A stretch of DNA of 64,000 nt, taken from NCBI GenBank assembly GCA_030141605.1, contig JAQGDQ010000133.1, positions 372,001 to 436,000 of the forward strand, in the 5' to 3' direction. The translations under genes were made by a program, and so were the position numbers. Below, in pieces: positions 56,801-64,000 of the stretch. Source of the stretch: Tubiluchus corallicola (Eukaryota; Animalia; Priapulida). The notes under the pieces were generated by a model. It was not told the origin of the DNA. It saw only the letters and a list, made by a program, of their open reading frames with translations, and ran no database searches. Positions within the stretch are counted from its first letter, which is position 1; each line of letters begins with the position of its first letter.

Positions 56801-59800
56801 TTAGTTTATTAAGCAACAGGGAATAGGCTATACAGGGTCAAAACGAGAACTAGAGTTGATTTGCGGGGTGCCACCGATTGACTGGCCTATTCGAAAATTG
56901 TATTCAAATTTCTTTTGAAAGTGCTGAACCAAACGCCAGATGAGTTAGTAAGGCGAGAAGTGAAACCTGCTGATTTGGTACTAAGTCAAGCTTCAAACAC
57001 AAAACATGTAACCAAAACAAAATCATTTTTAAAAATAACGAAAGATATAGAGTGTATAGAAAATGTAGTAGACAGAACAGATCTAAAATATACAAAGAAG
57101 GATACTGAGAAATTCATCAAGACAAAGAAAAACTCAACACGTCAGGCAGCTAGCAGGGGAAGAGACGAATTTTTACCGATGCTTTTACATGCTATCAGAC
57201 GACCGATTGGCAAGAGTGACGAATTCTAACATCTGAGTAATTATTAGTCAAAGAAAACCTGGATCCTAACTTTTTTAGGTGACTAAATTCTCTTGGCACA
57301 AAGATTATGCGTAAATATCCTTTTTGGAACTGTGCGTCTACTTACCGCTGAAATTACTTTTTCACGTTGGTCACGCTTGTGAATTAATACTTGACCTGTC
57401 TACTAGTCTGTCTGTCTGTCTGTTAGTCTGTCTGCCTGTCTGTCTGTCCGTCTCTCCGTCTTTCTTTCTTTCTTTCTTTCTCTCTCCCCATTCTCTTATA
57501 GACAACATTTTAGACATTTTAGACAGCTTGTCTTTTGTGTATTACATAGCTTTGCATGTATATTGAACAGTCCAAGCTTACGATGAATTGCGTCCCAAAA
57601 TAAAATGAGTTGTCAAATGACACAAAAAAGATTTGATGATACGGGAAACTTTCAGGGATCCAATATCCCTAGCTAATACCATTTGTATGCGCGCTTTACA
57701 AACATTCGAAGACACTTTCGCAAACCAATAAAGATGAGCGGCCATGAAGTATGGTAACATTTTCCTGGGTCAAAACCGATTTTCAAATTTTCATCAATGT
57801 ATACGTGCAGTCGTAAAGTCAGAAAATGTTACTTTTTCAGCGCCGTTATTACACGATAGTTGAATACACTTGCGTTTGCTATATAACGGTTCATAAAAGT
57901 GGTATATCAAACGTCCATCGATACATGTGGTGGTAATCAGCTACATTTTCTGTTATCGATTGTCCGTGTTTTGTACATTCAAGCTTAATTTGCCTGCACA
58001 TAGTCTAGAAGTAGTTCGGTTTTTAATACAGGAAACCTTTTTAGAACTCGTGACTGTAAATAATTTCAGTTAGGTGAAGAAATGTTGTCTGGACATTTTT
58101 CTCGATTGATTGCTACACGGAGTAGTTATTCTCTGATTGCTAAACCTTCGTGGAAAGAGCTTTACTTACCAGCACTACTCTTACCAGAAATACTGTTTTA
58201 TTTCCTTACCCTCTTCTTAGCGACAATGAGTACCGTTGTTTTGAAATGAGTCGTCTCATGCTTGAATTTATGTAGAGTTATGCAGAGAGCTGAGTAATTT
58301 GACACTCAAGTTGAGTTACCTGATGTTCAAGCTAAGAAAGGTATTGGCAAATTGAATATTTTGATGCCCCAGTTCAGTCATTTAATGCTGAAATTTAGGA
58401 ACTAAGCTGTTTAAATTGACTACAATTCAAGTAACTTCTTGATCAAAATGTGTACTTGCTATTTAAATTGACGTCTAAAACGAATTATGAGTTTTCTTGG
58501 CTGGAGACATTTTAAGGAACGTAAATTGATCTATTCGAGGATTATTCGTTTTCAACTTTTTTGCGCCACACGTTTTTCGTTTCACGACAAAATTACTCAA
58601 AATGAACAACTTACCTGCTCAGATAAAGTCAGCAAATGCATACCTGGATTTAAAATGATTTTGGCCACCAAGGTGTTACAGTCAGAACCACAGAACATTT
58701 GGGGTGATGAACCTTTTTCTGAGTTTATCAGTTTCTGTGCGTTTGTCCTTTTAGCACAACAAACTACTGACCTTTAAAAACATAATAACGATTCTCTTCC
58801 GCGATCTTTCTTTATGACGAAGCACCTGAGATAACGTTGAATGCGAAAAAAATTTCGATGAAGTAATCCTGCAAGGAAATCTGACCACAAGTAGGAGTAA
58901 CTGCACATGCAGCAAAGAACTGATTTTGATGATTAAATTGCGTCTGCGGTTATAGCGCTGTTTTTTCGTTGTCACATCTTTAGTCAACAGCGCAGCAGAA
59001 TTCGACGTTTTTTGAAAACAACTTTTGGTGCCAGGCACTGGTCTGCAGCGTTGCAAGACATACACAAATGAAAGACACTAACGTTTTTAGTACAGCAAAT
59101 TATGTATTTTAATAATTGTATTAAAATTGCTTTTCGCCTACCGGCTTTTTCTATTTGCTGTTTATTTGATCTTTGATCGAGGCAGGGTTACAGTACCACG
59201 TCGTTTCTACTGTCTGGAATGTTGTAGGTCTTGATGTGCATAGTGTGAATTTTTAAGTTACCGAATTTTAATTAACTAGCAATATTCGTGACTTTGACGT
59301 TGTCACCAAAAGTCACAGTTCTCTATAACACCGCAAATGGCTACGCGGTTAAGATAATGATGCCATTCAAATGGACGCGACTCGAGTTCGATTCAAACGA
59401 CCACATATATCGGCTCAAACACGTGTTATAGTTATGTTAATTACTTATGGCATTGTGTTCGTTAAGAGACGTTCATTAAGCCCTGCCGTTAATGTTGTTA
59501 GTTTGTCCCAGCAAGTGCAGTCAAGGTTTTGTCTTTGCCTTTCATGACCTTAATAGAATACTATTCTTCGTATTTTTACATTTTTTCCACTAATCCAGCA
59601 CCGCCTTTTTTGGAAATATTTAAAATTAATACACATCTACCTCACTTCAACTTCCCACTCCATGTAAGAAACCATTTAACGTTTTTAAACTACACGTATT
59701 TCATAAATACGTCCCAACCGTCCAATTTTTACAATATACTTAACGCACCGTCATACACCATTTCCCTGCAGACACCAGAAGCCATTTCAGTGTCGTCTCT

Positions 59801-60420
59801 ATTTTCTAGCCATCTCCGTTTTTACAACTGTTTCTACAGTCACCATTTCACAAAAGTTTTATTCTACGGTCTTATATTTCAGCGCAGGAAAAAATCTAGC
59901 GCTTTTCACCTTAAGCTAAAACAAAACTTTTTGAAATTCTGCCTCTCTGCCATTCTTAAGGCTCAATAAATTGGAAGTGGCAACAGTGAGTAGCTTCTGT
60001 TTTTACTAGTGAGTAGAAGGCCAATCTTGTTTAGATACGCATAAATGCATGACAAAAATGCACCCAAAACCTGTGCGAGATTAAATGCAACGTATATGAT
60101 AAGGATCATCAATACTTTTGAGGTTTACCGGATACACTGTAGAATAGCTTAACTAAATGTAAGGCAAATTCCAGCAGATGGTAGCAATTCACCAGATAGT
60201 AACTTTTGTGAGTGCTAGATCACTCTTTTGTCGTTTCGATTGTGATTGCCAATAAATGACTAAATGAAGCCGTATATAACCTTATCCCAACGCTTATCAA
60301 ATTTGCTTTACACTTCAGGTTTGTGCTGAGTTTGGCAGCAGCTGATCTCACTGTGGGCGTGTCAATGACCATCTTCCTCGTTATTAATTGGTACGTGGAA
60401 AAGAAAGACGAGAATTTTCT
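53807..60420 (+). CDS. Class A (rhodopsin-like) GPCR, first two coding exons (N-terminus, TM1, TM2); gene continues beyond the window
   Basis: Exon 53807-54006 (MCVPDE...NNIS sequon...VLTNILVIISISAFDFLHTVTN, aa|gtaagt) joins in phase 2 to exon 60319-60420 (KFVLSLAAADLTVGVSMTIFLVINW, ct|gtgagt). LHTVTNxFVLSLAAADL is the typical ICL1/TM2 signature of aminergic/adenosine-type receptors. Confidence 0.85.
54850..57250 (+). mobile_element. Decayed non-LTR retrotransposon (APE endonuclease plus RT relics) in GPCR intron 1
   Basis: NARCVIWDRIDNDHRKLLLEFIN...TFKSAAGSSKIDI is endonuclease-like. At ~56120-56335 SFLENRKVNIKV, SQESALSSVLF (PQGS-type motif) and tag-gca-gat-gac (decayed YADD). Many stops and frameshifts; boundaries approximate. 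Confidence 0.75.
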
Positions 60421-60534
60421 GTGAGTATCACGTCCCATACTGCGCATTTTCAAGTATATTTGTACAACATGTTCTTTATGCGAAATGACGAAAAATCATT
60501 TTAGGCGATTTTTAAGACGAATAAAACAACGAAC

Positions 60535-60743
60535 GAATGAATGAACGAATGAATGAATGAATTAATGAATGAATGAATGAATGAATGAATGGATGGATGG
60601 ATGAATGAATGAATGAATGAATGAATGAATGAATGAATGAATGAATGAATGAATGAATGAATGAATGAATGAATGAATGAATGAATGAATGAATGAATGA
60701 ATGAATGAATGAATGAATGAATGAATGAATGAATGAATGAATG
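60535..60743. repeat. (ATGA)n microsatellite
   Basis: Direct reading. Confidence 0.95.
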
Positions 60744-62029
60744 GGTTAGTTAATGGCTGCACGTGTGAGAAAATGAGTGATGAGAGAATTGCGAGACGAG
60801 ATGATATACACTACATTGCAAATAGGTCCTGACATTTACTCCCATAACATAACCTAGGCCTTATTATGACCACAAATATAACTAGTTCATGAAAATTCAC
60901 AATTTTGCAATTACGTGTAGGTAAAACGGCAATTTTTGTAAGAATATGGCAAAGTTCCAGTCACTGTAGCGAATGGCATAGTGTCGAGAACTACGCTTCT
61001 TATTTATTTATGGTTGCATAAATCTGCCCTAGTAAAGCTCTTTTCGTAGTATACATTTAACTTTGCGTAAACCAGTTATGGATTCATTCTCAATTAGCCG
61101 TATAATCAGTTGCATATAGGTTTCCTTCTCAGAAGGTATAGTTATAATCTTGCAACATTTTTCTAGTTAGCTAGCTTGGAGTGACATTACATTGCGTTAT
61201 GGCACTCCACTTCCTCCTTATCGATGTTAACCCGTTGCCAATTATCTGTATGTAGTCATTATATTTGTATTGTAGTGTTTATGTAAATTGTTTCACTCAT
61301 AGTCATTTTAACATAGTCATTAACTTAACGAAGCCAATGGTTCTTATCTATTTTTTATCTATTTTTATTTCTGCTTAAAGGTAGCATTTAGCTGAATTAG
61401 CATTGCCATTATCATGTAATCGTTTTTTTTTCATAAACTCCGTGTACATATAACTTGTGAAATATTTGTGTAATGTAAAAATAACTATGCGCATATTTTA
61501 ACTGTATCGTCTTGTTGTCTATAAACGGAATTTCGATATTAATAAATTTTGTTTCAATTATATATTCGCGACACAGCTTGTTCGCGGCTAAACGAACGAG
61601 GACAAAACCGTAACAACACCGACGTTGGCTGCAGTCGGTTATAATAGTTCTAATAATATTTATTATTTGTTTACACGTGAACATATAATTTAACGTATAA
61701 TTTATGCCCTGGGAGTATTACATTGTAAATTCAAGGGAATTTCAGACGCTGACAATATTATAAAATATTGACAATCAAGTGCGCTATTTGGGGACTTGAG
61801 CGACATACAATAAATTCGCTGCTCAATAAACTGACTCTTGGGAAGCTCAATAACTGCCTTAATATATGACTATAAATGTCCGTTGTAGTTCACCTAATGA
61901 CACTATAGCGCATCGCGTGGCGTAGACATGTATGATAAGTACGAAATTTTTATGGGTACAAAGGAAGCATGTTTATTTAAAATATGAGTGTACTTATAAG
62001 TCCTGCTATACGTAATTTATATATATATC

Positions 62030-62166
62030 TCGTCTCATTGACCCGAATAAAGCACAAAAAAATCAGAATATATATATATATATATATATATATATTCTGA
62101 TTTTTTGTGCTATATATATATATATATATTCTGATTTTTTGTGCTTTATTCGGGTCAATGAGACGA
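62030..62166. repeat. (TA)n-centred perfect inverted repeat with partial arm duplication
   Basis: tcgtctcattgacccgaataaagcacaaaaaatcagaa-(TA)n-...-ttctgattttttgtgctttattcgggtcaatgagacga. Confidence 0.9.
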
Positions 62167-64000
62167 AGGCACTCAAATCTTTCGATGTTATTTCATTTAA
62201 CTGTAAACATTCAAGTTTTGAATAATTTTGCTTAAAGCAAATTGCCTGTAAGTGAACTAACTGCATCGAAAAGAACTTTGTGCAAACTTTGTGTTGTTGA
62301 AAGGAGAAGGATCTACATATATATTTATAAGATCCTCATACTATTGAATATTTAATCCCAATATGGGGTCATATAATAATGTTTTGTTACATAAAGTAGC
62401 ATCTATATATTCAGTAGATTTTTTCTGTCTCAAACATTTTTTTGAAAGAATAGAGGATTTTTCTCAATTATCTGGCCTTCCCAATGCTGAAGTGTTTTGA
62501 TGGCAGTTATAATTTTGCGAGCAAGTCATGAGTGTAATGAAATATCTTTCATCCTGCACCTATACAAGTTCTTCGTGACGTGTAAGCCAAGTATGAAAGA
62601 ACAGACGAGAAATGGTCATCTGGAATTCTATGCTGTCTTGAATTATAAAGCCTCATACTGCGCGGGGATTACATACAAAAGTTTAGTCACTGTAAAGAAA
62701 TTGGTGAATTTAATCAGTACAATGAAGTATATTAAATGGTAGATTAGTAAATCTTCTTATGCCTTTGTGACGATTTCCGTTGCACGTCTTATGCATGATA
62801 CTGATCTGCAGTTTGTGTGCAAAATGTATTAATTTAACACATATATAATGTTGGACAGGGAGGAATGCTTTTAGCTGATATGGGTAAGAAAGGCGTCACA
62901 ATCCTTGGCTTTATAATAATTCAGTTTGGCCTAGTCACTTGTGGCAAGTTTGCCTTTGGCTGCTTAATCACGATCTGAAAATAAATAGTCACCTAATGTG
63001 AAACCAAGTTTTAAAGTGACTGCCACGATGAAGCCATTTTCCCAAAGTGATATTCATATTAATGGCCACCATCCCTAATCCAGTTTACTTGTGACCTCAA
63101 CTCCCAAAGCTCCATAAACAAATAAACTTGTACGTCAACATTTCAACTTAATGGAAAATAGTACGGTTTTAGATTATATCTTATGTTGACCTGTCATCTA
63201 AAACATACATTTTAGCGATTGGACTCCTGAGTGTCAACAAATCTTTAATTTAACTCAATCATTAAAAATAATACTATATTTTTCGTTCCAATATTTTAGA
63301 CGGTAGATTATTTTGGAGATTTCATTGTGTACCCTGTTTTCCATTAATTGAGGATCTGCAGTAACCTCGCAAGGATCAACTAAACTTACACATCTAAACC
63401 TGCAATCTAGGCGGCATCGTGCTTGATACTGTAACTCTATAGTGTTGAACGTCAGTGTTTTGCTTCTATGATAGGTTTAGCAGCAAAGGCAAAAAATAAA
63501 CATACAAACTAGAGAGATGTCATAACGTTTCGTCCGTGTACCCGTGTACCAATCATTTGCCGAAGCTAAAACTTCCCTGGAAAACAGAACATGTCACCAA
63601 GTCTTCAAAGTAGGTGTAACCAAAGTAGCGAAAGGTGTGCACATTTTGTGTTTTGATTGAAAACCTCTTTTACGCTTTTCATTTTACTTAAACAAGTTTG
63701 TAACAGCGTACTCTTTTAAAGAACAACCATCTGGTTAGAATAAAAATCAAAAATTATTTCTTCTTGTTTAAAGTGACTAGAGCAATAAGCGAGTTTCTGA
63801 TTTTAGCTCATACAAATCTATGCTATCAAATTTACAACAGCACCCGAGCAATGCAGCCTCCCTTCTTCGAAGCCGCACAAAGCTCCGAACAACCAGAGAT
63901 TTGACCACACTGCGGTACCCGAGGCACTCAAACTATGTTAGATTTCACAACCTCCATGAAAGACAGATTAGTAGACATCTGTGACGTCTCAAACGCAATG

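Overview
AT-rich, intron-rich animal genomic DNA, probably from an invertebrate; the taxon cannot be fixed from the sequence alone. Most ORFs in the six-frame track are noise or single exons. Manual splicing gives six protein-coding genes, all on the + strand. (1) The last three exons of a gene with a disordered tail ending -KCDIVEYI, possibly a GABA-B R2-like receptor, with one GC-AG intron. (2) A 9-exon peroxisomal sarcosine/pipecolate oxidase (PIPOX-like, PTS1 -SRL) with two normally conserved His residues replaced. (3,4) A tandem pair of 5-exon paralogues encoding unrecognised Cys-rich proteins with a signal peptide and a GPI-type tail. (5) A complete 10-exon poly(3-hydroxybutyrate) depolymerase (extracellular type-II PhaZ: GISSG, Asp, His, HGC, GCWDW) with a signal peptide and an unusual acidic extension ending -DDEL. 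(6) The first two exons of a class A GPCR. Introns and intergenic DNA hold decayed LINEs, Penelope and Harbinger relics, hAT-type MITEs, foldback-like elements, a tRNA-derived SINE family occurring in inverted pairs, microsatellites and two (TA)n-associated palindromes. The strongest lead is the spliced animal bioplastic (PHB) depolymerase with a possible ER-retrieval signal, followed by the orphan GPI-type paralogue pair.
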